From Eutreptiella sp. 'Long Island Sound 2002' (Eukaryota; Protista; Euglenida), in the NCBI GenBank assembly GCA_964036045.1, contig OZ038379.1, forward strand, positions 58,342,001-58,406,000: 64,000 bases of DNA. The letters run 5' to 3'. The notes under the pieces were generated by a model. The model worked only from the letters and a program-made list of their open reading frames with translations. It made no database searches and was not told where the DNA came from. Below, piece after piece: positions 1 to 11,207 of the stretch; position 1 is the stretch's first letter, and each line of letters starts with the position of its first letter. Both the position numbers and the translations under genes were made by a program.

Positions 1-50
1 GGAGTTCCACGGCCCACTGCCCCTAGGCAGTGAGGCGGTGCGTTGCAGGA
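1..50 (+). repeat. 47-bp satellite unit, left flank of the non-LTR insertion
   Basis: GGAGTTCCACGGCCCACTGCCCCTAGGCAGTGAGGCGGTGCGTTGCAGGA is identical to 2286-2335 in the downstream array. Confidence 0.9.
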
Positions 51-1852
51 CGAGGAGGAGGAGGAGGAGCGCCTGCCGTGGTCCCACGTACGGTGAGCCG
101 TGGCGTCGTCCCTCGGGGGCCCCACGCAAGATGCCGAGGGAGTCCTCCGTCTTACCTCCGCTAGAGTAAGACGAATCTCGTCACACACCTGAGAACGCTC
201 CTCCCAGCAGGCCGTCTGGGTCACAACGCCGGTGTACAACAACGCTACGGTCCGATTTGCCCTCCGGTCCCGGCCACCAACCGCTCCGACCTGTCCTGGA
301 TCCACCCGAGTCAGCGTTCCAAGATCAACGGGCACGGAAGATGTGGGTCTCCCGGGGCATCACCCCCGGCTTAGGACGCCGCCAGACAAGGAGCGCGGTC
401 GGGCACGACTGCGCGCTGTACCGGAACGGTGCAGGCGCGGGAGGTTGAGGACGGGTCACGGGCGGGGATAAGGCCACGGGGTGCGCCGGCCCAGGGCCAC
501 CTGCACGTCCTTGAAGACCGTGCGGGGGCCGTGGGAAGCCGCAGTAAGGATGGCCGAGAACGCCGAATGCAGTGCGGCACACCACGAGGGGATCACATCT
601 CCACGCAGACCGGCCTCCAGGCTCCGTCCATTGCCGCCGTAATGGATGGCCCAGAGGCGGCGCCGATCCGGGAGATGGGGGGCAAGCCCGTGCCGGCCGA
701 GTTTGTCCAGGATGATCACGTCATAGGTCTCTAGTCCTATTTCTCGTCGTACGGCCGGCGGAATCTGGTTCGTCTCGTTGTACACATACAGGACTCGGTA
801 CGGACTGCTCTTGTCCCGGGCGGAATCGGCGGTCTTCACCTTGGGGGCCAGGAGGAGGTCTCCTGACAGCCACAGGCCCAGGATGACGTCCCAGGCTGGC
901 CACGTGGGCGACCCAGGCGTTGGGGCCCGGTTGGCCACGTGATACCACGCCTGCGGAGGGCGGCCGGCGAGGGACTGGTTCACGGGGACCTTCGTCCGGG
1001 GGGAGAAGTGGTCGGCAAGAGGCAGGACAGGCACCGTGTGCCGTTTGTGTAGGGGGACGGTAGTGAGGATGACGTCGCAGAGAAGGCGACGGAGATGCGC
1101 AAGACGCAGACCCCTGTGCTGCAGGGCATCCCTGTGCGGCGGGGAGATGGCTCCGAGACGGCCGAAAGTGTAGGTGGCGATGGTGTGGTGGGCTGGGGAA
1201 CCTTCCACAGCCAGCATGAAGGGTTCGTCCCCCCAAAGGACGAGGGTACCCCAAGCAGTGGGCGTACAGTGGCGCCAGGCACGACACCTCTGGGTGAGCC
1301 GGGCCGCAAGCCACCGATGGAAGTGGGCGCGGAGGAGCGGGTCAAGCGGGCAGGAGAGGATGTGGTCCCCGGGGGCGGGTAGGAGGCAGAGGGGACAGGG
1401 CGTGTCCCTGGGGGGGAACAGGGAGAGGCGGATGCCGGTGACCGTGAGGTGGTCTCCCCATGTGAGGAGGCCATGGCTGACGGCGGTGGCGTACTCGCTG
1501 AGGGCGGGGTGGCGCTGAGGCAGGGGAGCCGTAGAGTAGGCGTGGTGGGAGGCGAGCAGGGTGCGGCGCGCGTGAGGTAGGGCGTCGAGGACCTGGAGGC
1601 CCGCGTGGGAGAAACAGATGCGGGGTTCTTGCAGAGGGCTGAGCCATCCCACGGTGTCGGGGCAGGTGTCCGCAGCGCGCCCTGCCGCCTCATCCACCTG
1701 GTCCAGCAGGGCATCGAGCCAAGTGCCGGCGATATGTGAATAGAGGTGGCGGGGGGGGAGCGTGACCGCGGGCCATACTGCGGCACGCTCGTATGAGGTC
1801 CCCCTGCAGCGAGTCCTCTGGTTCTCGGCGTCCCTCCTGGGCAATGATGTAT
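51..1852 (-). mobile_element. 5'-truncated non-LTR retrotransposon inserted in the 47-bp satellite
   Basis: The GC-rich ORF is open right up to the 1852 junction and has a CCHC knuckle (CPLCLLPAPGDHILSC). It is followed by a 3' UTR of about 400 nt ending in a (TCC)n tail at 51-70. Satellite lies on both sides. Confidence 0.65.
456..1844 (-). CDS. C-terminal part of a non-LTR ORF2: CCHC zinc knuckle plus about 300 aa of unrecognised sequence
   Basis: 462-aa uninterrupted ORF with a CX2CX7HX3C motif. No RT motifs are present in the retained part. Confidence 0.6.
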   Translation of the reverse strand: MPRRDAENQRTRCRGTSYERAAVWPAVTLPPRHLYSHIAGTWLDALLDQVDEAAGRAADTCPDTVGWLSPLQEPRICFSHAGLQVLDALPHARRTLLASHHAYSTAPLPQRHPALSEYATAVSHGLLTWGDHLTVTGIRLSLFPPRDTPCPLCLLPAPGDHILSCPLDPLLRAHFHRWLAARLTQRCRAWRHCTPTAWGTLVLWGDEPFMLAVEGSPAHHTIATYTFGRLGAISPPHRDALQHRGLRLAHLRRLLCDVILTTVPLHKRHTVPVLPLADHFSPRTKVPVNQSLAGRPPQAWYHVANRAPTPGSPTWPAWDVILGLWLSGDLLLAPKVKTADSARDKSSPYRVLYVYNETNQIPPAVRREIGLETYDVIILDKLGRHGLAPHLPDRRRLWAIHYGGNGRSLEAGLRGDVIPSWCAALHSAFSAILTAASHGPRTVFKDVQVALGRRTPWPYPRP

Positions 1853-3050
1853 CCTAGGCAGTACGGCGGTGCGTTGCAAGAATTCCACTGCCCAGTGACC
1901 CCAGGCAGTGCGGCAGTGTATTGCAAGGCTTGCACTGGCCACCGACCCCAGGCAGTGAGGTAGTGCGTCGCAGGAGTTCCAATGCCCATTGCTCCCAGGC
2001 AGTGACGCAGTGCATTGCAGGAGTTCCACTGCCCACTGCCTTAATGCGGTGAGGCAGTGCGTTACAGGAGTTCCATTGCCCACTGCCCCCAGGCAGTTTG
2101 GCAATTTATTGCACGAATTGCACTGCCCACTGCCCCCAAGCAGTGAGGCAGTGCATGGCATGACTTCCGTTGCCCACTGCGCCTAGGCCCCGGGGCAGTG
2201 CATTGCAGGAGGTCTGCTCTTTCGGCAGTGACCGCCTCCTTGGCAGCACTCCCCGCCCCCCCAGCTGGTGGGCCCGCGCATTGCAGGAGTTCCACGGCCC
2301 ACTGCCCCTAGGCAGTGAGGCGGTGCGTTGCAGGACTTCCACTTCCCATTGCCCCCATGCAGTGAGGCAGTGTGTTGCAGGCGTTGCACTGCCCACTGCC
2401 CCCAAGCAGTGAGGAAGTGCATTTCTGGAGTTTCACTGCCCCCCCGCCCCCAGGCAGTGAAGCGGTGTGTTGCAGGAGTTCCACTGTCCACAGCCCCCAG
2501 GCAGTCATGCAGTGCATGACAAGAGTTCCATTGTCCACCGCCCCGAGGCAGAATGCCGGTGCACTGCAAAAGTCGCACGGCTCACTACCCCCAGGCAGCA
2601 AGGTGGTGTGTTGTAGGAGGTTCACTGCCCACGGCTCCCAAGGCGGTGCGGCAGTGCATTGCAGGAGTTCCAATGCCCACTGCCCCCAGGTACTGTGGCA
2701 GTGCATGACCGGCGTTCCACTGCCCGCTGCCCCTGGCAGTGTGGCAGTGCATTGCAGGAGTACCGCTCTTTAGGCAGCGACCGCCTCCCATGCACGACTC
2801 CCCGTCCCCCCAGTTGATGGGCCTTCGCATTGCAAGAGTTCCACTGCCCACCGCCCCCGGGCGGTGTGGCAGTTCATTGCAAGAGTTGCACTTGCCACTG
2901 CCCCCAGGCAGTAAGGCAGTGCATAGCAGGAGTTCCACTGCCCACTGCCCCCCGGCAGTCTGGCAGCATATTGCGGGAGCATATTGCGGGATTTGAACTA
3001 CCCACTGCCCCCAGGCAATGAGGCAGTGCATTGCAGGAGTTCCACTGCGC
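1853..3050 (+). repeat. 47-bp tandem satellite with two embedded longer units
   Basis: Consensus GGAGTTCCACTGCCCACTGCCCCCAGGCAGTGAGGCAGTGCATTGCA repeats in tandem. Interruptions lie at about 2212-2285 and 2761-2832. Confidence 0.95.
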
Positions 3051-3254
3051 TGGAATGGCGTCGCTGCTCGGAGGACAACGCAGTCGGATGCCACCAATCA
3101 TCGTCGGTATCACGTGACCCGCAAAAGTTTAGATGCGGCAGGATGCACCGGCGAGCTGCTACTGGTCATAGCCAGAAACCGGGTATTTTTGTGCATTTTG
3201 CATTGTTGCATGGCCTTGGGCCTCGGTAGTGTTTTCTCGAAAAAACATGAAAAA

Positions 3255-3323
3255 TGAGTCAAATTCACGTGAAATTCACGCTCCTTTCAAACGGCCACTT
3301 AACCCCCGTTCACGAAGGGTACA
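3255..3323 (-). mobile_element. Solo terminus of the TGTACCC MITE family
   Basis: ...CAAACGGCCACTTAACCCCCGTTCACGAAGGGTACA is the reverse complement of the 39510 terminus. Confidence 0.75.
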
Positions 3324-4069
3324 CAGCGGCACCCCACCGGGACAGGGGGGGGGGGGGCGAAGCCCCGATGGCCCCGGCGGGGGGGGGGCGGAAGAGGGGG
3401 AGTACCCACCCCACACACGTACTCAGCCACGAGTGGTCACAAGGTGCAAAGGGAGGGGCTAGAGGGGCAGCAAAGCATGCCTGCAGGTTCATCTCTGCCT
3501 CCGGGCCTGCTGCACCATGGTCAAGCGGTCGGCGACGGTCACCAGCCCAGGGCAGGCGCGCCAGGCAGTGGAGGGGGCGGCGTAGGGGGAGACGGCGGCC
3601 TGCCGGCGGCGGGCGGCATGGGGGGGGGGTCACGTGCGCAGGGGGTGACCTTGCTCCCATCCCCCGGCGACATGGCGAGCTTCTCAGGCGACCTCATGCA
3701 GGAGGTCGTGGTGAAGCGCCGGGTCGACGCGGCGGAGGACGTCGGGCCACTGGGCCGTGGCATTGATCGCCCCCGGCTCCGTCAGGGTGGCCCAGCAGAC
3801 GTCGGTGACCATGGGGAGGAGGGCATGCACCACCACCTGAAGCCATGTCGCCGCGGGGCCGGGGTTGGGGGGGGGGGGGCCTGGCGGGCGGGGTCGTTGT
3901 TCCTCACGTGGCCCCACAAGTCCAACTAAAAACTACATAAATACGGGCTAACTTATGCTTTACATAGCTTGGATGGTCATTTTAAGTGATCACGGTATCA
4001 AAAAAATAAGTTTCGAAAACTTCGGTTTTTGAGCTGTCCAAGGTGAAAAACTGCATTAGCAGGTTGTGA

Positions 4070-5067
4070 TATGTAAGACTATTGGTGAGAGCTACAAAGG
4101 TGGGGCTTCACATAAAAACCCTACATGATTGAAACGCAAACAGTGGGCCTATGCACTAGGGCAGATAGTAGAGCACACTTTGGAGTCCCAACGCTCTAAG
4201 TAGGGAAGTGCATTTTGGACACATAAGGCTTCTGGTAAGAGCTACAGCTTGGGGTTTCACAAAAAACCTCTACTTGGATGAAACTGAGACAATGAGCCCG
4301 TAGAATGGGGCGGATAGTAGAGCGCACTTTGGAGTCCCAATGCTCTGAGTTGGGAAGTGCATTGTGGACAAGAAAAACTTTTGGTGAGAGCTACAACTTG
4401 GGGCTTCAACAACAACCCCTACTTGATTGAAGCTGGGACACTGAGCCCTTGACGTGGGGCGGATAGTACTGCCCACTTTGGAGTCGAAATGTTCCCAGTA
4501 GGAAAATACATTTGGGACACGTAGGACTTCTGGTGAGAGCTACGGCTTGGGACTCCACATGGAAACCCTACATGATTGAAATTGAGACACTAGGCCCCTC
4601 GAGTGGGGCGGAGAGTAGAGGGCACTTTGGCGTCCCAATGCTCGAAGTAGGGAAGTGGATTTTGTACACAAAGGAGTTGTGATGAGAGCTACATCTTGGT
4701 GCTTCACACAAAAACTTTATCTAATAGAAACCGAAACTTTGGGCCGTGGAGAGGGGCGCATGGCAGAGCACACTTTGGAGGCCCAAAGCTCTAAGCAGGG
4801 AAGTGCATTTTGGATAAGAAAAGCTTTTGGTGAGAGCTATAGCCTGGAGCTTCACAAAAAACCCCTACTTGATTGAAACTAAAACATCGGGCCCTTGAAC
4901 TGGGGCAGATGGTCGAGCGCCCTTTGGAGTCCCAATGCTCTAGGTTGGGAATTGCATTGCCCACAATGATAGCTTCTAGTGAGAGCGACATCTTGGGGCC
5001 TCACAAAAAAACCCGACCTGATTCAAACTGAAACACGGGGCCACTGAAGTGGGGTGGATGCTAGAGC
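4070..5067 (+). repeat. About 149-bp tandem satellite, array 1
   Basis: The TGGTGAGAG anchor recurs at 4083, 4233, 4382, 4531, 4680, 4828 and 4977. Confidence 0.95.
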
Positions 5068-5369
5068 CCCGGGGGGGCGTCCCCTTGGTTCTGGACGCCA
5101 ACTGACCCCCCAACTAACTGTTGGCCGGAGGCCCCTTGGGGGGGGGGGGGTGGGGGGGGGGGGGGTGGGAGGGGGAGGTCAAGGAGGGGCGACGGGGGGG
5201 GTCTAGGATGGGCTTGGGGGGGGGGGCTCCGGGAGGGTCGGTTGGGGGGGGGGGTCCGGTGGGGCTATTTGGGCTGGTGGGGGGGTGGGGATCCAGGTAG
5301 GGCGATTTGGGGTGTCGGGGGGGGGGGCACAGGCTCCCCTTACCTCCCCTTGCCCTCCCTCTAACCATA

Positions 5370-5552
5370 CCATCACCATAAACCTAACCCTAACCTTTGC
5401 AGCCAGCTAGTATGGCCAGGCCAGCCTTGTTGATTGGGCTGAACAAGATGCCCCAAATTTCGTTCATGGCTCCTTTTATTTTGGACCCCAACACTCACTC
5501 TGACCCTAGCCTAGGGTGAGAGCCAGGGCTAGGGTTAGGGCTAGGGTTAGGG
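5370..5552. repeat. Degenerate interstitial telomere-like repeats
   Basis: AACCTAACCCTAACC at about 5381-5395 and CTAGGGTTAGGGCTAGGGTTAGGG at about 5529-5552. Similar G-rich hexamers occur at 6715-6780 and 7880-7915. Confidence 0.7.
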
Positions 5553-6560
5553 TCACCGAGCTGGTGGAAACAGTCTTGGTTTTATAACCCTTTTTAGTGT
5601 CTAGGGTGGACCTACCAGGTTTAGCAACAGCAGCATCAAGCAAGCAAGCAAGCAGCAAGCAGCAAGCAGCACGCGCGAAATGGGAAAAAATCAAAACTCC
5701 GTCGTGGTGCTTCAGATTTGGGTGAAATTTTGGTGGATGATACCTATGGGTGTGAAGTACAATCACACAAAATATGAGCAAGAAAGTCAACGGTGGCGGC
5801 CGGGAACGGGATTCGCAAGTGGCGGACCTCAGTTTCAGAAACTGCAGTTTAGGGCCAAAAACAGCCATTTTTGGGCCAAAAAAGCCCTGGAACACATTCA
5901 AAACGGCCAAACCAAGGGAAACGGTGGGTACACTCCACGTGCCGCTTGACTTCCCCGTGTCAACGAGCTCTTTGCGGCCCTCTAACACCATGATATGTCC
6001 CGGAAACGGCCCAAAAAGGCCCCCAGAAGCTCCAAATGCCGACAGCCACAAACCAAGAATAGGCCATATCTTTGGCTACATGGCTCAAAATGCGATTCCG
6101 AGGGCACCTACTCCACCCGCAACCCCCCACTTTTTGTGGTTTCCGACCCCCAGAATTGCCCAAACGGACGCCTAGACCCCAATACCTAGGCCCACTAGGC
6201 TGCGGCAAGCTGCAAGCTCAAGCCCAAACAGGTGGGTGCCCAAATGTGTCAACGGGGTCCAGTAGGGGCAAACAGATGACTTTTCTCAAAAATGATTCAA
6301 GAGCATGTGCGACTTTAAAACAAGTGTTTTTGGACCGTTTTGAGGTGGTGGTGGCCCATTTTGGTCCTCCGAAAATCCCAAAATGCCTTGAAAATGGGTT
6401 GTTTTGGGACCAAAAGTGGGTCAAAAATGGGTCGAAAACACATTTTCCCAAACCTGATCCTAGACCATTTGGGGTGCACAAACGGGTGAAATGAGCCCAT
6501 TTTGAGCCCATTTTGGGGTATTTTGGCCCCTCAGAAGTCCAAAAAGCCTTGAAAGTGGGC
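5552..6560 (+). mobile_element. Fragment of an abundant interspersed repeat family (AGCA microsatellite plus AAAATGGGTC-type subrepeats)
   Basis: Shares the (AGCA)n tract and CCAAAATGCCTTGAAAATG / GGGACCAAAAGTGGGTC blocks with the copies at 32.7-38.9 kb and 51.5-52.6 kb. Confidence 0.75.
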
Positions 6561-7358
6561 CTCGTGGTGATGGGGTTCACTTGCAAGCTGATTTCACTTT
6601 GTCAAGAGCCATCAATGTGTGAATCATTCTTGATGTCCCTCACCAGTCATAGCTGATGTTCCCTCCCCCACCAGCTCGGTCCCAATATTCAGTCTTGATT
6701 AGGTGTAGGGATAGGAGTAGGATGAGGGTTGAGGGTGGGCGTTAGAGTCAAGGTTGGGTTTAAGGATAGCGTTGGGGTGCAAATTGGATAAAATTTGCCT
6801 TAGGGCACCTTTGGTGTTCATGGAGCATTAGGCGCCTTTGGCGCCCATGGACACCTAAGGGCAACACCTTTGGCAACTAACTGTTGGCCAAAGGCCCCTA
6901 GGGGGATCAATGGTCGGTTCCGATAGACTGAATGTCCCCGCCATAGACAATTCCAGCCATTAGTCCAGCAGTACTGTGTAGCTCAATCAATGCACGTGTC
7001 CCTTTCTTGGTTGGGGTGCTCCACTATGTAAGGTACAGTGAGGCATTTCTTGCGGTTAGCTCTGTGGGTCACTTGTGTGCTTGTCCTGTCTGCCGACTCT
7101 AGTGAACAACCAGGATCAATAAAAAAGCAGTCGTCCTTAAGGTGTGGAATGCATTCACTTGTTTACGTGCGAACTGACTGGGCTGCAAAGCATGGCACTC
7201 ACTCGGCCTTTCCCCGTCAGTTGCTGTTTAGTTTCAAGAAGTGCAGGGGGTAACATACAGATTCAGCAGGGGGGGAGGGGTACATACAGAAGAAAAAGTA
7301 TAAGAGCAAATGTGACGTGTGGGCCGTGTGCAATCTGTACTGTAAGAAGGGTGTGGCG

Positions 7359-7835
7359 TCATGTGTTAAGGTCCTCGTCCACAAAGGCCTGCACCACATG
7401 CTGGTAAGCTGAGACCAGACGGGGCAGCCCCATGCACCACAGCCGCATTGCACCCTTGGGAACACCAGTAATGCATTGTGTTGTGATGCCGATTTTCAGC
7501 GACCTATTGGTGTCCACGTCCGTGATGACAACCGTTCGTTCCATGGAGTGTACTCCGGCGTGTCTTTTCGACTCTGGCTGGCGACTCACAGGGTGCGGGA
7601 CGTGCCGTTCGAGCTTGTGAGCCAATGCGGCAAGGAGACTGAATTGCTTTTGATCTGGTATAGATGGGACAAGCGTCCATGTTCGGTAACTGTGGGATGC
7701 TGCTGCCAGATGCTCCGTGACGGTCACATCGTGGATCAGATTGTGGTCCTGCCTTCTCCGCTTTTGTTCTGTCCGTTCACGATCAGACGACCTGCGTCCC
7801 CGCTTCCTCTTGCGGGAGGAATCGCCGGGTTCCAT
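7359..7835 (-). CDS. Putative TE-encoded N-terminal ORF with an NLS-like basic start
   Basis: 158-aa ORF starting MEPGDSSRKRKRGRR...KRRRQ. A pyrimidine tract and AG lie about 26 nt before the ATG. It reads inward from the right TIR of the 5068-7970 element. Confidence 0.4.
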   Translation of the reverse strand: MEPGDSSRKRKRGRRSSDRERTEQKRRRQDHNLIHDVTVTEHLAAASHSYRTWTLVPSIPDQKQFSLLAALAHKLERHVPHPVSRQPESKRHAGVHSMERTVVITDVDTNRSLKIGITTQCITGVPKGAMRLWCMGLPRLVSAYQHVVQAFVDEDLNT

Positions 7836-7970
7836 TGTGGCCGCAGCAATGCAGAGGTAGGCTAATCAGAAAAAAGGGGGAGGGTTCGGGGGTAGGGGTA
7901 GGGGTAGGGGGGGGGGCGCAGGGGTAGTTGGCGTCCTAGGACCCGCGGAGTCCCCCCCCCCCCCCCCGGG

Positions 7971-9345
7971 ACTAGAGCACACTTTGAAGTCCCAATGCTG
8001 TGTGTAGCGAAGTGCCCTGGGGACAAGTAAAACTTTTGGTGAGAGCTACAGCTTGGGGATTCACGAAAAAAACCCGCTTGATTGAATGTGAAAAAGTGGG
8101 GCCCTAGAATGGGGCCGGTGGTAGAGCGCACTTTGGAGTCCTAATGCTGTGAGTATGGAACTCCATTTTGGACACTTGTGGGAAGAGCTCCAATTTGGGG
8201 CCTCACAAACAACCCCTACTTGATTGAAACTGAAACAGTGGCCCAATGGATTGGTGAAGATAGTAGAGCCCACTTTCGATTCCCAATGCTCTAAGTAGAG
8301 AAGTGCATTTGGAATAGATAAAGCTTATGGTAAGAGGCACAACTTGGGGCTTCATACAAACCCCCTACTTGATTGAAACTGAAACAGTGTGCCCCTGGAG
8401 TGGGGCGGATAGGAGAGCGCACTTTGGAGTGCCAATGCTCAAACTTGGGATGTGCATTCTCGGCATGTAAAGTTTTTGGTCACACGTACAACTTGGGACT
8501 TCACAAAAAAACCCTATTAGATTGAAACTGAAACAATGGGCCCCTAAAAGAAAGGGCGGATAGTAGAGGGCAATTTGGGGTCCCAATGCTCTGAGTACGG
8601 AAGGGCATTTTGGACACACAAGGCTTCTGGTGAGAGCTACAGCTTGGGGCTTCACAAAAACCCCCTACTTGGTTGAAACTTAAACGCTAGGCCGCTAGAG
8701 TGGGGGGGATAGGAGAAGGCACTTTGCAATCCCAATGCTCTAGGTAGGGAAGTGCATTTTGGAGACGAAAAGCGGTTGGTGAGAGCTACAGCTTGGGGCT
8801 TCACAAAAAACCCCTACTTGGTTGAAGCTGAAACACTAGGCCCCTGAAATCGGGCAGATGGTAGAGTCTACTTTAGAGTCCCAATGCGATGAGTGGCAAA
8901 GTGCATTTTGGACACGTAAAGCTTGTGGTGAGAGCTACAGCTTGGGCTTCAACAAAAACCCCTACTTGATTGAAACCGACACAGTGGGCCCTTGAACTGG
9001 GGCGGATAGTAGAGCGCACTTTGGAGTCCCAACGCTCTGAGTAGGGAAGTAGATTTTGGACATGTAAAGCTTTTGGTGAGAGGTACAGCTTGGGGCTTCA
9101 TAAAAAACCCCTGCTTGATTCAAACTAAATAGTTGGCCCCTGCAGTTGGCGGATAGTAGAGCGCACTTGGGAGTCCCAATGCTCCAAGTGGGCAAGTGCA
9201 TTTTGCACATTAAAGCTTTGGTGGAGCTACAGCTTGGGGCTTCACAAAAAAGCCCCAGTTGATTGAAGCTCAAACAGTGGGCCCATAGAGTGGGGCGGAT
9301 AGTAGAGCGCACTTTGGAGTCCCAATTCTCTGAGTAAAGAAGTGC
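7971..9345 (+). repeat. About 149-bp tandem satellite, array 1 continued
   Basis: Same unit resumes in phase after the insertion. Confidence 0.95.
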
Positions 9346-9929
9346 ACTGCCCAACCGGATCCCCGCTGTAGTTGTATGCACTTTGGTGTGCACCTGTCTT
9401 CACCTTCAATCCTTTGCAATTTGTCCATCTTGTGGCTTGCATCTGGCATATGGCACTTTTTTGTGGGATTCTACGCTAGAAGTTGCACACCAGTATGTGA
9501 GCCGTGCGTGCATTGTGCACAAACTCCTAGTTTGGTGTAGTTGGAGATGAAACAAGTGTATTTTCAGGGCCCTGTATAAATGCATGATGACGCGCTGTTG
9601 CGGTGAGCTTTATCTCCTTCTGTTTCTGTGCTCAGTCTGCACGTGTTGCACACAGCAGGTTTTATTGTGCGATTGAGCCAAACGGAATGCCATCATACAC
9701 CGTCACTACCCTGTTTGTGGGCCGAAAACAGAGACTGAGATGGCACATTTAGTCAGAGAAGCTTCACCAAGTCTCGTGAACCTCAATTTCGGGCAAAGCA
9801 ACACTCGATTTGAGATTGGTTTGTGCCTCATGCATGTCGGTCCAGGCAGAGCAGATCGCACAAGGAGCACGAGCCAATTAGCAAATGGGGTGCTCGGCCA
9901 CACGGGTGCACCCCATGCAGTGCAATTAT

Positions 9930-10163
9930 AGCTCCCACTGTTTCAGCTTCAATCAAGTAGGTGTTTTTTGTGAAGCCCCAAGCTGTAGCTCTCACCAAAG
10001 CTTTAATGTCCAAAATGCACTTGCCCACTTGGAGCATTGGGACTCCCAAGTGCGCTCTACTATCCGCCCACTCCAGGGGCCAACTGTTTAGTTTCAATCA
10101 AGAAGGGGCTTTTTATGAAGCCCCAAGCTGTACCTCTCACCAAAAGCTTTACGTGTCGAAAGT
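9930..10163 (-). repeat. Inverted copy of about 1.6 units of the 149-bp satellite
   Basis: Reverse complement of about 9050-9285, including private variants. Confidence 0.9.
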
Positions 10164-11138
10164 GCGTGCAAGATGGCTATGCATCACAGGCAATAGTTGC
10201 ATGAGGCGCAGACTGTACGTGAAATGTGCATTGGGCTCCCCCAAGGACCCTTGTTTGTGTGTGGCTGTGGGACATTGGCATCACTAATCACCTTCGGAGC
10301 ATACTGCCCCCCTGCCAGGGCTAGCATGCCAGGGAGTACATGCACGACCCCTCCGTGTCGTTGGAAAAGAGCACACCACCATTGGTGTAAAGTATGCAAC
10401 ACAGGGCCAGGGGGTTCTGGAATCAGACAGGTGTCGGGCATTTTACCCCGCATCCTCCACCCTCCAACCCTGTTGTCTTTGCATCTGTGAAAAGGTATGC
10501 CGTGCCTGTGCTGATGCAACAAAGTGTGTTTCCATCGCACGCAACAGAACAGAAAGCCTCGGACCGTCACGCATCACCACCGTTGGCACGCTCACTGGAC
10601 ATAGTCGCCTGTAGCACTTCTGCTTGGAGGCAGCCGATGGGCTTTGTGGGTGGGTGCACCAACTGCTTGATTTGACATCAACCATAAAAATAAAATGAAA
10701 CATCCCCCCCCCCTGTTCCCCCCATTTCACAAAGCCTCTTCCCTGTGGTTGTCTGGTTTCGCTCATTATATGTAACAGCTGCCCATTGCAGCGTCACCAG
10801 AGAAATTACAGAGTGGCCTCTGTTACCACTTTTTTTTCCGGCTTCGAGTGACCATATGCCGCTCGATGCAAAAGCTCTAGTTGACCGTTTGTGACATCTC
10901 AGGTGGTCGGAAATGACCGCATCTCAGGGTGCCATACCCCTTCAGCCCAGAACAGTGCCCATTCTTCACGACTCCGGACCTGAAGGACCGACAACATCTC
11001 GCCACCAGAGAGACAGCCTGTGACGCAGCTGGTTGAGCGGATCTAGTGCCCAACTCTTACCGTCAGAGCCCCGGCTGGGCCGAGCACATCCATTTGACTG
11101 GCCTGGGTGGCAGCCGAGGTCCTGAACACCGCCCGAAA

Positions 11139-11207
11139 GTGCACCCGGGGTTCGAACCCCAGGTCTGACAACAACGGTCGGAGACAGGCCTCTTGCGTTA
11201 GCGCATC
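11139..11207 (-). pseudogene. Degenerate tRNA-like sequence, possible SINE head
   Basis: B-box/T-arm GGGGTTCGAACCCC, an A-box-like TAACGCAAGAGG, and an imperfect TCCGAC/GTCAGA stem with a 7-nt loop centred on TTG. The acceptor stem is weak. Confidence 0.3.

Larger units (their letters stand above)
5068..7970. mobile_element. 2.9-kb composite TIR DNA element (CCCGGGGGGG...CCCCCCCGGG) with an 8-bp TSD, inserted in the 149-bp satellite
   Basis: Flanks are GCTAGAGC (5060-5067) and ACTAGAGC (7971-7978). Removing the insert restores the satellite phase. Both end sequences recur together at 30725-30905. Confidence 0.8.

Noticed and set aside
1854-3113. Many Cys/His/Trp-rich ORFs in satellites (also at 4-10 kb, 39-40 kb and 57.6-64 kb)
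   Set aside because: They are translations of tandem repeats open by chance in several frames.
3330-3930. GC-rich possible retroelement or gene fragment
   Set aside because: No recognisable domain, and there are stops or homopolymer frameshifts in every frame.
7836-7852. TTGTGGCCGCAGCAA resembling the tRNA-His anticodon arm
   Set aside because: No D-arm, T-arm or acceptor stem around it.
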